Assembly (NCBI GenBank): GCA_965218095.1
Contig: OZ244587.1
Coordinates: 1-64,000, forward strand
Reading direction: 5' to 3'
Origin: Candidatus Poribacteria bacterium
GTDB lineage: Bacteria; Poribacteria; WGA-4E; PCPOR2b
Length of the DNA: 64,000 nucleotides
The translations under genes and the position numbers were made by a program. Within the stretch, counting starts at the first letter, position 1, and each line of letters begins with the position of its first letter. The notes under the pieces were generated by a model. The model made no database searches. It saw only the letters and a program-made list of their open reading frames with translations, and was not told where the DNA came from. Shown one piece after another: positions 1 to 9,314 of this stretch.

Positions 1-79
1 CGCGAATTATAGCTGCCCGGCGATTAAAAAAGAGTTATTTGCTATTCTTGAACGATTCAGATATTGAAAGAAACACGCT

Positions 80-1747
80 ATGCCAAACCACGATGTCCAC
101 ATCCAGTTGGACCTCAAAATCCCCATGCGCGATGGCGTCCGGCTCTACGGTGCCTTGTACCGCCCCACCACGGGCGATAAATCCCCCGTGCTACTCATCC
201 GCTCCCCCTACAGCACCCAACACCCGCGTTATGTGGATTGGGCGATGCGCTTTGCGCAAAGCGGCTACGCAGTGGTCATGCAGGACTCCCGTGGGCGCTA
301 CGATTCGGAGGGGGTGTGGTGGCCCTACATCGACGAAACCAACGATGGCTACGACACACAACAGTGGCTGGGTGCCCAACCCTGGTGTGACGGAAATATT
401 GGGACTTTCGGCGTTTCCTATCCCGGATTTACGCAGATTCTGCCAGCCCCCCTCCGCAGTCTCTATGTCAAGGCACTCGTCCCGATCGCCAATCAAGAGG
501 ATAATTATGGGCACATGCGGTATAATGGCGTCCTACAGCTTCAGAACGCCATGAACTTCATCTGGCTTGGGGACCGCACAAACCAGAACGCGCCGAGAGA
601 GCTAATTAATTGGGAGGAGGTCTATCGGCGGTTGCCGCTGATTTCCGCCCTGGATAACATCGCCGATCGTCCGTTCTATCGAGAGATGATTCGACACAAC
701 GCCTTTGACGATTTCTGGAAATCCTACAGCATGAAGGGTAGGTACGCTGAAGTCGAAACGCCTGCATATTTTATCACCGGATGGTACGATAACCTGGTTC
801 ACGAAGGCTTCAAGTGTTTCACCGGTTGGACGACACAAGCCCGGACGCCGGAAGCCAGAGGGCAAACAAAACTGCTGGTGGGACCGTGGACGCATTCCGG
901 GATTGGCAGCGCCGAACCGTTTGGTGATATTGATTTTGGGCTAAACTCGGGGGTGGATATTCCGGGCGCTCACCTGCGTTGGTACGATCAACGGCTAAAA
1001 GGGCTCGACACCGGCATCGACGACGAACCTCCCATCCAAATCTTCGTGATGGGAGAGAACGTCTGGCGTGACGAGCACGAGTGGCCCCTAGCGCGGACGC
1101 AGCACACCAAGTTTTACCTTCACAGTGGGGGGCGAGCCAATTCCCTCTACGGCGACGGTGAATTGACCGCTCAACCTCCGCAAGATGAGCCAACTGATTC
1201 CTTTACCTACGACCCTGAAAACCCCGTGGCCACCGTGGGCGGTCAGAGCATGTTTATTGATAACACTGGCCCGCAGGACCGGCGACCCGTGGAACGCCGA
1301 GACGATGTATTGGTCTATTCCACGCCCCCGCTCACCGAGGATTTGGAGGTCACGGGACAGATTGAGCTGACGCTCTATGCCGCCTCCAGCGCGCCGGATA
1401 CCGACTTTACCGCGACGCTTGTCGATGTTCATCCAGGAGGGAAAGCCGTTAACATCTGTGAAGGCATTGTCCGGGCGCGATTCCGCGAGTCTTATGAAGC
1501 GCCAACGTTGATCGAACCCGAAGCTATCTACGCGTACAAGATTATACTCTGGGAAACAAGCAACCTTTTCAAGGCGGGCCACCGAATCCGCGTCGAAGTC
1601 TCCAGCAGTAACTTCCCACGCTTCGACCGGAATCAGAACACCAGTCACACACCAGGCATGGACGCCGAAATGCAGGTGGCACACCAGACAATCTATCACA
1701 ACGTACAACACCCTTCTCACATCACATTACCGGTGATCCCAAGATGA
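80..1747 (+). CDS. CocE/NonD family serine hydrolase (peptidase S15-like)
   Basis: 555 aa; IPMRDGVRL, RSPY, QDSRGRYDSEG, nucleophile GVSYPG, GWYD, GPWTH and C-terminal SSSNFPRFDRN motifs typical of CocE/NonD. Confidence 0.93.
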   Translation: MPNHDVHIQLDLKIPMRDGVRLYGALYRPTTGDKSPVLLIRSPYSTQHPRYVDWAMRFAQSGYAVVMQDSRGRYDSEGVWWPYIDETNDGYDTQQWLGAQPWCDGNIGTFGVSYPGFTQILPAPLRSLYVKALVPIANQEDNYGHMRYNGVLQLQNAMNFIWLGDRTNQNAPRELINWEEVYRRLPLISALDNIADRPFYREMIRHNAFDDFWKSYSMKGRYAEVETPAYFITGWYDNLVHEGFKCFTGWTTQARTPEARGQTKLLVGPWTHSGIGSAEPFGDIDFGLNSGVDIPGAHLRWYDQRLKGLDTGIDDEPPIQIFVMGENVWRDEHEWPLARTQHTKFYLHSGGRANSLYGDGELTAQPPQDEPTDSFTYDPENPVATVGGQSMFIDNTGPQDRRPVERRDDVLVYSTPPLTEDLEVTGQIELTLYAASSAPDTDFTATLVDVHPGGKAVNICEGIVRARFRESYEAPTLIEPEAIYAYKIILWETSNLFKAGHRIRVEVSSSNFPRFDRNQNTSHTPGMDAEMQVAHQTIYHNVQHPSHITLPVIPR

Positions 1748-3918
1748 TGACGACCCATCAAAACACAATACGAATCGGCGCAGATGTCGGCGGCACCTTC
1801 ACCGATGTCGTCCTAATCGACGCCAGAGGAAACATCTGGACCCACAAAGTCCCATCCACACCCCCTAACTTTGAGCAGGCGGTGCTGAACGCAATCGCGC
1901 ATCTGCTGCACACAACCGACGCTTTAGGGACAGCCGTCAGCGAAGTTGCACACGGCACCACGGTAGCAACCAACGCCGTTTTGGAACAACGAGGCGCTAA
2001 AACTGCGCTGATCACGACCAAAGGCTTCCGAGATGTGCTCGAACTGAGGCGTATCCGTGCTCCCCAGATGTACGACCTGTTCTTTGAAAAGCCTCAAGCA
2101 CTTATCGAACGCTATCTGCGCTTTGAACTCACGGAACGCATCTCTGCGTCTGGCGAAGTGCTGACCTCACTATCGGAGCCAGAACTGTGGCGTCTCAAGG
2201 AAGCGTTGGAGAAAGAGGCGGTCGAATCTGTAGCGGTCTGTACCCTCCACGCCTACGCCTTCCCCCAACACGAAAACGCTGTCGGCGATTTCCTGAGAGC
2301 GCACCTGCCAGAAGTCCCGGTCTCCCTTTCATCTGAAGTCCTCCCGGAACGTAAAGAGTACGAACGCACCGCCACCACTGTCGTCAACGCCTACGTCCGT
2401 CCCGTCATGCAGCGTTACTTGAACGCAATGCGTAGCGGCTTACAGACGATGGGGATTGAAGCACCGTTGTTGATGATGCAATCGGCGGGCGGATTAACGC
2501 CAGAGGCAGACGCTGCACGACTGCCGGTCTTTGTCTTGGAATCGGGTCCGGCTGCCGGTGTACTGGCGGCTGGCTTCACGGCGCAACGGCTGGGAACGGA
2601 CAACCTAATTACACTTGACATGGGAGGCACCACCGCTAAAGCTTCGATGATTGAAGATGGTGCAGTAGCTTACAGTCCAGAATACGAAGTTGGCGCTTCG
2701 ATTTCGGCGGGAAATCGACTGGTCGGCGGGGGTGGCGAGCTCATCCGCGCCCCGAGCATCGACATTGCTGAAGTCGGATCCGGCGGTGGCAGCATCGCAT
2801 ATCTGGATGGAGCGGGCGGCTTGCGCGTTGGTCCCCGCAGTGCAGGTGCGGTCCCGGGACCGGCTTGCTATCAACGCGGAGGCACCGAACCGACCATCAC
2901 CGATGCCAATGTAGTATTGGGCTATATTCGACCCGGGGAGTTGGCTGATGGGGAGGTCAGCATCAATATTGAAGCCGCACGACGAGCGATATACGACCGC
3001 ATCGCCGCACCCCTTGGAATGGACCTGCTGCAAGCAGCAGAGGGGGTTCACCGGATTGCCAATGCCCATACCATGCGGGCACTACGCGCTGTTTCCACCG
3101 AGCGTGGACGCGATCCGCGGGAGTTTGTCCTGATGGCTTTTGGGGGCTCGGGCCCAATTCATGCGGCAGGGTTGGCGAGGGAACTTCTGATTCGTCAGAT
3201 TATCGTGCCGCCGCTGCCCGGTCTATTCAGCACCTTGGGTTTGCTCTTTTCCGGCGTCGAGCATCACGATGTACGCAGTTGTCTGCTCTCCGGCGAAACG
3301 CTTAATGCAACAGCTTTGGAACAGATCAAAACGGAGATGCAGCGCAATATGCTCGCCCAATTCGAGACCGAAGGCTATCCCGCCGACCAAGTGACGCTGA
3401 GTTGCAGCGTTGACATCCGCTTTAAGGGGCAAGCCTCAGAGATACGCATCCCAGTGGCAGATGAGAACTTCGCGGAAAACACAGTGCAGACGCTGTACAC
3501 AACCTTCGAGACAGAACATGAACGGCTCTATGGACACCGATCCGATCCGGACAACCCGGTCGAAGTTGTGGCGGTCCGGTTGATTGGGCAGGCGGGCATA
3601 CGCGGCCAACAGGGCGTGCTCAATCCGGCGGAGCGCCTCGGAGAGCGTGCGTTGAGTCGAGTGGCTTATTTCGGCACATCACGGGGAACAATCAATACCC
3701 CCGTCATCTCACGTCACGAAATGACCCGATATGAACGCAGCACCTTGCTTGGCTCAACGGATCACGGCAAGCAACGCCGCCTAGTGCCTGGTCATGAGGA
3801 AGGTATAATTGGTCCCTTGCTTATTGACGAATACGATTCAACTATCGTTGTTCCACCTGACTATCGCGGGTATCTGGATAGCCAGGGAAATATTCTTATG
3901 AGTCCCGTAACTGAGTGA
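1744..3918 (+). CDS. Hydantoinase A/oxoprolinase family protein
   Basis: DVGGTFTD, HGTTVATNA, ESGPAAG, DMGGTT, GPRSAGAVPGPACY, FGGSGPIH motifs; ATGA overlap with the upstream hydrolase. Confidence 0.93.
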   Translation: MMTTHQNTIRIGADVGGTFTDVVLIDARGNIWTHKVPSTPPNFEQAVLNAIAHLLHTTDALGTAVSEVAHGTTVATNAVLEQRGAKTALITTKGFRDVLELRRIRAPQMYDLFFEKPQALIERYLRFELTERISASGEVLTSLSEPELWRLKEALEKEAVESVAVCTLHAYAFPQHENAVGDFLRAHLPEVPVSLSSEVLPERKEYERTATTVVNAYVRPVMQRYLNAMRSGLQTMGIEAPLLMMQSAGGLTPEADAARLPVFVLESGPAAGVLAAGFTAQRLGTDNLITLDMGGTTAKASMIEDGAVAYSPEYEVGASISAGNRLVGGGGELIRAPSIDIAEVGSGGGSIAYLDGAGGLRVGPRSAGAVPGPACYQRGGTEPTITDANVVLGYIRPGELADGEVSINIEAARRAIYDRIAAPLGMDLLQAAEGVHRIANAHTMRALRAVSTERGRDPREFVLMAFGGSGPIHAAGLARELLIRQIIVPPLPGLFSTLGLLFSGVEHHDVRSCLLSGETLNATALEQIKTEMQRNMLAQFETEGYPADQVTLSCSVDIRFKGQASEIRIPVADENFAENTVQTLYTTFETEHERLYGHRSDPDNPVEVVAVRLIGQAGIRGQQGVLNPAERLGERALSRVAYFGTSRGTINTPVISRHEMTRYERSTLLGSTDHGKQRRLVPGHEEGIIGPLLIDEYDSTIVVPPDYRGYLDSQGNILMSPVTE

Positions 3919-4045
3919 TACGGAAACATTGCACGTTGAGTTTATTGGTCTAATAATGGATGTCTGTAAAAATAAAATAGTCGATGTGTGTATGATGTGT
4001 GTATGTGGATAGCTGATCCCTAAGTGAGTTTTAGGAGCAAGCAAA

Positions 4046-4177
4046 GCCAGTGACATACTCCCAAAATTGTGATCTCAATGGCAGTGCGGGGTTTGACTCC
4101 CGTCTTAGTCTACCTCTTGCAAGCCGACAATCCCTGCCGACCCGATTCCTCTAACCGCTGCTTCTCGCTGAACCGGC
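4046..4177 (-). ncRNA. Candidate structured non-coding RNA of unknown family
   Basis: Starts 6 nt after a TGcTATAAT -10; 5' GCCGGU pairs with ACUGGC (4046-4051); nested stems with G-U pairs that favour the minus strand; no credible ORF. Confidence 0.5.
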
Positions 4178-4183
4178 ATCAAT

Positions 4184-4212
4184 ATTATAGCATATTGATT
4201 AGTTGTTGTCTA
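4184..4212 (-). promoter_or_regulatory. Sigma70-type promoter with overlapping palindromic operator
   Basis: TAGACA (4207-4212), 17 bp, TATAAT (4184-4189) with extended TG; inverted repeat ATCAATAT-N6-ATATTGAT (4178-4199) covers the -10. Confidence 0.75.
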
Positions 4213-4232
4213 AAGAAAAATCGCTAAAGCGT

Positions 4233-4268
4233 GGCTGTATCCCAAGCATTTATGCTTGGGATACAGCC
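4233..4268. repeat. Perfect REP-like palindrome
   Basis: GGCTGTATCCCAAGCAT-TT-ATGCTTGGGATACAGCC, 17-bp arms. Confidence 0.85.
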
Positions 4269-4311
4269 CTAAAGGAACTTTTCGATAAAGCAATCAGAGA
4301 CGGAGGCATCT

Positions 4312-4845
4312 ATGCAAATCAAAATTAGCCAAGCATCCCTTACCCTTGTACAAGGGGATATTACAAAGGAGCAAGTTGATGCAATTGTCAACACTGCTAA
4401 TGAGCAACTCATGGGCGGTGGCGGCGTTGATGGTGCAATTCACCGTGCCGGGGGACCGGCGATTATGGCGGAATGCAACGAAATCCGCGTCAAGCAGGGC
4501 GGTTGTCCGACGGGGCAAGCGGTGATTACGACGGGGGGAAATCTCCCTGCGAAGCATGTCATCCACACTGTGGGACCGATCTGGCGGGGCGGAAACGCCG
4601 GTGAACCCAAGCTCCTCGCCAATTGTTACCGGGAGAGTTTAAGTCTGGCACTTGAACACGGCATCAAGACAATTGCGTTCCCATCGATCAGCACGGGCAT
4701 CTACGGCTATCCGATTGACAAAGCAGTCGCCATCGCCCTCAATGCGGTGAAGGAATTCCTGGAAGGGCATGATGAGGTCGAAGACGTGCGTTTCGTCCTC
4801 TTTGATGATGTGACCTATGCCGGTTATGAGAATGCGCTCTCATGA
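4312..4845 (+). CDS. Macrodomain protein (O-acetyl-ADP-ribose deacetylase, YmdB-like)
   Basis: QGDIT, DAIVNTAN, GGGGVDGAIH, HTVGP, FPSISTGIYGYP; SD GGAGG upstream. Confidence 0.93.
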   Translation: MQIKISQASLTLVQGDITKEQVDAIVNTANEQLMGGGGVDGAIHRAGGPAIMAECNEIRVKQGGCPTGQAVITTGGNLPAKHVIHTVGPIWRGGNAGEPKLLANCYRESLSLALEHGIKTIAFPSISTGIYGYPIDKAVAIALNAVKEFLEGHDEVEDVRFVLFDDVTYAGYENALS

Positions 4846-4918
4846 CGGTTCGCTACGCTAGGTAAACAAGTTTACATGCGCTCACCCCAAATGGCGTAAA
4901 GCATGTTATACTAATTCT

Positions 4919-5986
4919 ATGTCAAATCAACAACTTCCCTTATTCCCAACCACCGTCGTGGGCAGCATGCCACGATCTGATTTTGTTCGCGATTTACTTG
5001 CACTAGAAAACGAGCCGAAACGCTCTGAAGCCGAAACGAAAAAAGAGATGGACGCCGCTGTGCGATACATCATTGCGGTACAGGAAGCCGCCGGGATCGA
5101 CATCATCTCCGATGGCGAGTGGCGGCGGCGTTCCTACATCGGCGTGATTGCAGACATCGCAAGCGGATTCGAGCTGAGTATGCGTGAGGGTATGCACTGG
5201 ACAATTGCTGTTGATAAAATACGCCTCAAGCAGCCGGGGGTTATCGCGGCGGAGGCGGCATTTCTGAAGCAGCACACCGATCGACTGACAAAGGTGTGTC
5301 TACCGTCCCCATATCTATTGGGACAGCGGATGTGGGACCCGGAAAAATCACGGGACGCCTATCCTACACGCGAGGCATTCATGTATGCGCTCGCCGATAT
5401 TTTACGAAATGAACTCATCGCTGTTAGGGATGCAGGGGCGACCGTCGTCCAGTTTGATGCCCCACATCTGTGCCTTTTTGTCGATGAGTCTGTCAGGGCA
5501 AGTTACGAAAATCCTGAACGCGAGATGGATTTGTGTGTCGATCTGCTGAATCAGATTACCGACGGTGTTGACGGGATTCAGATTGCCATCCACCTCTGCC
5601 GACGCAATAAAGGGCGTGACGGCTGGATTGGCGAAGGGGGATATGAGCCGATTCTACCCCACCTGAAACGGCTCAAAGTCGATCAGTACCTGATGGAGTT
5701 CACGATTCCGGTCGCCGGCGACCTTGCGGTGCTGAAGGAGATTCCCGAAGATAGGACCGTTGGCCTCGGCTGCGTAGATTGTCGGGGCGAACATATCGAC
5801 ACGCCTGAAGAGATCATTGCGCGGGTTGAAAATGCACTTCGTCATCTGCCCCCTGAACGCATCACCCTGAATCCAGACTGCGGATTTGCGCCCGGCAGCG
5901 CCGCAGAAATTCCCATCGACGAAGCATACCAGAAACTCAAAAATGAAGTGAAAGCAGCAGAAATTCTTCGAGAAAGGTACGGATAG
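4919..5986 (+). CDS. Cobalamin-independent methionine synthase II family protein (single-barrel MetE-like)
   Basis: TTVVGSMPR, SDGEWRR, Zn ligands HLC...E...NPDCGF. Confidence 0.88.
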   Translation: MSNQQLPLFPTTVVGSMPRSDFVRDLLALENEPKRSEAETKKEMDAAVRYIIAVQEAAGIDIISDGEWRRRSYIGVIADIASGFELSMREGMHWTIAVDKIRLKQPGVIAAEAAFLKQHTDRLTKVCLPSPYLLGQRMWDPEKSRDAYPTREAFMYALADILRNELIAVRDAGATVVQFDAPHLCLFVDESVRASYENPEREMDLCVDLLNQITDGVDGIQIAIHLCRRNKGRDGWIGEGGYEPILPHLKRLKVDQYLMEFTIPVAGDLAVLKEIPEDRTVGLGCVDCRGEHIDTPEEIIARVENALRHLPPERITLNPDCGFAPGSAAEIPIDEAYQKLKNEVKAAEILRERYG

Positions 5987-5999
5987 CGAAAACGCGATT

Positions 6000-7202
6000 A
6001 TGCAGAACTTACGAGAGAAACCGTTTACGCGGCGATCGCTTATCCTGCCGATTTATCTCCCTGCCTTTCTTCTTTCCGTCGGCGGTGGCCTCCTCATTCC
6101 AATATTCCCTGAATACGCAAAATCTTTTAATCCTTCTTATAGCCTGATGGGTTTGGTCCTCGGTATGCAGGGAGTTGGTGTATTGATTGCGGATGTGCCT
6201 GCTGGCATCTTGATTGAACGGACCGGACGCAAGTCGTCAATGTTAATTGGAGCCGCCGTGGTGGGATTATCCACCCTCGGTGTCGGACTCGCCCACACTT
6301 TCTTTGAACTGATCCTCTACCAACTCATCGCGGGAGTCGGCAGCGCCCTGTGGACAATTGCGCGATATACTTATTTGACGGATGCCGTCCCAATTCCTGA
6401 ACGTGGCCGATCGCTCGCAATGTTTGGAGGAGTGAGTCGAATCGGCACTTTTTTAGGGCCTGCCATTGGTGGCGCCATCGGGGAGCATTACGGTTTGAGT
6501 ACTCCATTCTTTGTCTGTGCAGCGATTATGGGGCTCAATTTCCTGTTCTGCCTTTTCTTCATCCGCGAAACAAAACGCCCTTTAGTAGCAGGTCATCGTC
6601 GGTTGCACCTGAAACAGTTCGTTGACGTACTGAAGACGCACTATCGTGCGCTACTCACGGCTGGATCGGGGCAGATTTGCGTCCAAACGCTTCGAGCGGG
6701 TCGGCGGATTATTATTATTCTCTATGGACGCGATGTCATCGGGCTCGACCGCCAGACAGTGGGGTTGATCTTCAGTCTCTCCTCATTTATTGATATGGTG
6801 ATGTTTCCTGTGGCAGGATTTATCATGGATCGGTTTGGTAGGAGATACGCCATCGTTCCCTGTTTCTTCATTTTCGCAACAGGAATGGCGATGGTGCCTT
6901 TGACAGGGGGCTACGTGACCCTGCTCATTGCAGGCATTGTGATGGGACTTGGCAACGGGCTTGGTTCTGGCACAATGATGACGACGGGGGCTGACCTTGC
7001 ACCGCGAGAGGGGACAGGAGAGTTTCTTTCGGTCTGGCGGCTCATCGGTGATGTCGGTCACGCAACGGGGCCTTGGATTGTCGGTGGGATTGCAGATATG
7101 TCGGGATTGGCGATCTCTGCCGTGGCTTTGGCAGGAATCGGGTATACGGCAGTGGCAATTTTTCTCTGGTTGGTACCGGAAACGCTACGGCGACAAAAAT
7201 AA
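6000..7202 (+). CDS. MFS transporter
   Basis: About 12 hydrophobic segments; motif A-like GILIERTGRK and GFIMDRFGRR. Confidence 0.9.
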   Translation: MQNLREKPFTRRSLILPIYLPAFLLSVGGGLLIPIFPEYAKSFNPSYSLMGLVLGMQGVGVLIADVPAGILIERTGRKSSMLIGAAVVGLSTLGVGLAHTFFELILYQLIAGVGSALWTIARYTYLTDAVPIPERGRSLAMFGGVSRIGTFLGPAIGGAIGEHYGLSTPFFVCAAIMGLNFLFCLFFIRETKRPLVAGHRRLHLKQFVDVLKTHYRALLTAGSGQICVQTLRAGRRIIIILYGRDVIGLDRQTVGLIFSLSSFIDMVMFPVAGFIMDRFGRRYAIVPCFFIFATGMAMVPLTGGYVTLLIAGIVMGLGNGLGSGTMMTTGADLAPREGTGEFLSVWRLIGDVGHATGPWIVGGIADMSGLAISAVALAGIGYTAVAIFLWLVPETLRRQK

Positions 7203-7239
7203 AAAAAGGCGACGCGGCGTGGTGTGCGCGTCGCCTTTC
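7201..7239. terminator. Bidirectional intrinsic terminator between MFS gene and tRNA
   Basis: AAAGGCGACGCG...CGCGTCGCCTTT hairpin with A-tract (U-tract on minus strand). Confidence 0.75.
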
Positions 7240-7247
7240 GTGATGAA

Positions 7248-7333
7248 TGCCGGGAAGGGGATTTGAACCCCTACGGGCAAAAGCGCCCACTAGATCCTGA
7301 ATCTAGCTTGTCTACCAATTCCAACATCCCGGC
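7248..7333 (-). tRNA. tRNA-Leu(CAG)
   Basis: Minus strand GCCGGGATGTTGGAATTGGTAGAC...CTAGA-TTCAGGA-TCTAG, long variable arm, GGTTCAAATCC, TCCCGGCA; CCA not encoded; upstream TTGACA-18-TACACT (7351-7380). Confidence 0.97.
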
Positions 7334-7388
7334 TCAACAGAAGCCTCTACAGTGTACATTAAATGCGTCGAGCTTGTCAAGCGAATTT

Positions 7389-8384
7389 TTACTCTCCAGT
7401 GGCATGGACCTGGTTGCGACCGGCTTGCTTTGCAGCATACATCGCCGCATCTGCTTTAGCAATGAGATCTCCTGGATCAGTTGCATCCTCCGGCGCAGCA
7501 GTAACCCCTACGCTGATGGTGAGTTTCGTGTTCGGACCCTCCTCACCAAACGAGTATTCTTGAATCAAACGTAGGCATCGCTCCGCAAATCCTATGGCTT
7601 GCTCTTTGTTGGTTTCACGCAAGAGGACGATAAACTCATCGCCACCGTAACGGGCAGCAACATCTGTATCCCGTATATTAGAAGCTAGCACTTGTGCAAT
7701 CTCCCGAAGGATCTCGTCTCCCTTGAGGTGCCCATACCGGTCGTTATACACCTTGAAGTTATCTGTGTCAATCATAACCAATGATAGTGAACTCTTCAGT
7801 GGTCTGTTAGTCATTAAGGTTTGAAGTTGCGTCTGTAAGTAGCGGTAGTTGTGGAGATTTGTCAGTCCATCGCGCGTTGCTAAGTCGAACAGTTCTTTAC
7901 GTTCTGCTTGTACTCGCTCGACTTCAAGGGCAAGCTGATCGCGTTCCACTTTTAGCCGGCGTTTACCGATTGCATTCGCCACAGCCTGCACAACATCCAC
8001 CCATTGAGGAGGTTTAACGATAAAATCGAAAGCATCCGACCGTATTGCTTCTTTAATGGCATAAATTGAGCCATATCCAGTAATGATGATGACTTCAATC
8101 GAGGGATTTATCTGCCTCGCAAATTTGAGAAGTTTCAAGCCGCCACGATGCTCTCCTTGCTCATCAATGTCTGGCAGGCGGAGATCGGTCAAAATGACAT
8201 CGTAGGTTTCGTCCTGGACCAACCACATTGCCTCTGCGCCCGTAAGTGAAATTGTGATTTCATGCCCCTGTTCCCCTAGAAACTCTGATAGAATTTCAGC
8301 GACCGGAGCTTCATCATCAACAACAAGCACCTTTCCTGTAATTGCTGCATTTTCCTTTTGGGTCATTACATCTTCCTCATTCAA
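7389..8384 (-). CDS. Response regulator diguanylate cyclase (REC + GGDEF)
   Basis: VLVVDDE, ILTDLRLP and KP receiver motifs; DGLTNLHN, NDRYGH, RxxD I-site (RDTD), RYGGDEF. Confidence 0.93.
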   Translation of the reverse strand: MNEEDVMTQKENAAITGKVLVVDDEAPVAEILSEFLGEQGHEITISLTGAEAMWLVQDETYDVILTDLRLPDIDEQGEHRGGLKLLKFARQINPSIEVIIITGYGSIYAIKEAIRSDAFDFIVKPPQWVDVVQAVANAIGKRRLKVERDQLALEVERVQAERKELFDLATRDGLTNLHNYRYLQTQLQTLMTNRPLKSSLSLVMIDTDNFKVYNDRYGHLKGDEILREIAQVLASNIRDTDVAARYGGDEFIVLLRETNKEQAIGFAERCLRLIQEYSFGEEGPNTKLTISVGVTAAPEDATDPGDLIAKADAAMYAAKQAGRNQVHATGE

Positions 8385-8436
8385 TTGCTCACGAATTTCG
8401 TCCCAATCGGGATTGAGCTATTAACTAATGGTGCTA

Positions 8437-9265
8437 GGTTCTGTTGACATTTGAGTATAAGGTTGTGGCATAATAGAAGAATGACGCCAATAACCTTACC
8501 TGATGAACAATGGAATAAGATATACCGGTTTCTTCTAAGCTGTCCCACCATCTATGTTGGCGACGAAGCTGCTACACGCCGCTTCGTCGAAGCCGTCCTG
8601 TGGGTGACTCGTAGCGGCGCTCAATGGAGACTTCTACCAGACACCTATGGCAAATATGGCAAATCGAACACCCGCTACAAGCGGTTTGCTCGATGGTGCG
8701 ACAAAGGTATCTTCACACAGATGCACCCCCACTTCGCCTCTGACCCCGATATCGAGTCGCTTATTGTGGACAGTACCATCTGCCGCGCTCACCCGTCTGC
8801 GGCGGGTGCCTTAAAAAAACGGTGGCACTGAAAACCAAGCATTAGGTCGGTCTCGGGGCGGTTTCAGTACAAAAAATCACATCACAGTTAACGGACTAGG
8901 CAATCCGCTAAGAATTCATCTGACACCCGGTCAGAGACATGACATATCTGAGGCGGAAGGGTTGATAATCGGATATAACAGTGAATATATGATTGGAGAC
9001 AAGGGGTACGATTCGGACGCTTTTATCGCCGTTATTGAGGCGAATGGAGCGATTGCGGTGATACCGCCCAAAAGTCATCGGGTTGACCAAAGAACGTATG
9101 ACAAACACTTATACAAAGAGAGACATCGGGTTGAATGTTTCATCAACAAGATAAAATGGTATCGTCGTATCTTCTCTCGGTTTGAGAAACTAGCTGTCCG
9201 TTATTTTGGATTTCTCAGCTTTGTCGCCACTCTTAATATGGCTCCGTTGAAATGTCAACAGAACC
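8437..9265 (+). mobile_element. IS5-family element (IS427-like, frameshifted orfA/orfB), copy 1
   Basis: TIR GGTTCTGTTGACATTT / AAATGTCAACAGAACC, TA flanks; transposase motifs GAQWRLLP, DST, GDKGYDSD, YKERHRVECF; A7 slippery run. Confidence 0.92.
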
Positions 9266-9314
9266 TAGTACCAAAGGTTATTATAGTACACTGTAGGATT
9301 TAACTCAAGTATTT

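Noticed and set aside
1744-3918. Hydantoinase A lacking its B subunit
   Set aside because: The partner may lie outside the window; this cannot be judged here.
3838-4056. 72-aa minus-strand ORF
   Set aside because: GGGAG abuts the ATG, the ORF overlaps the hydantoinase end and its composition is not protein-like.
4155-4177. SRP RNA-like motif UUCAG-CGAGA-AGCAGC
   Set aside because: It lacks the stem closing the GNRA loop of helix 8 and lies at the extreme 5' end of the predicted transcript.
7248-7333. tRNA as an island integration site
   Set aside because: No integrase and no duplicated tRNA 3' end were seen.
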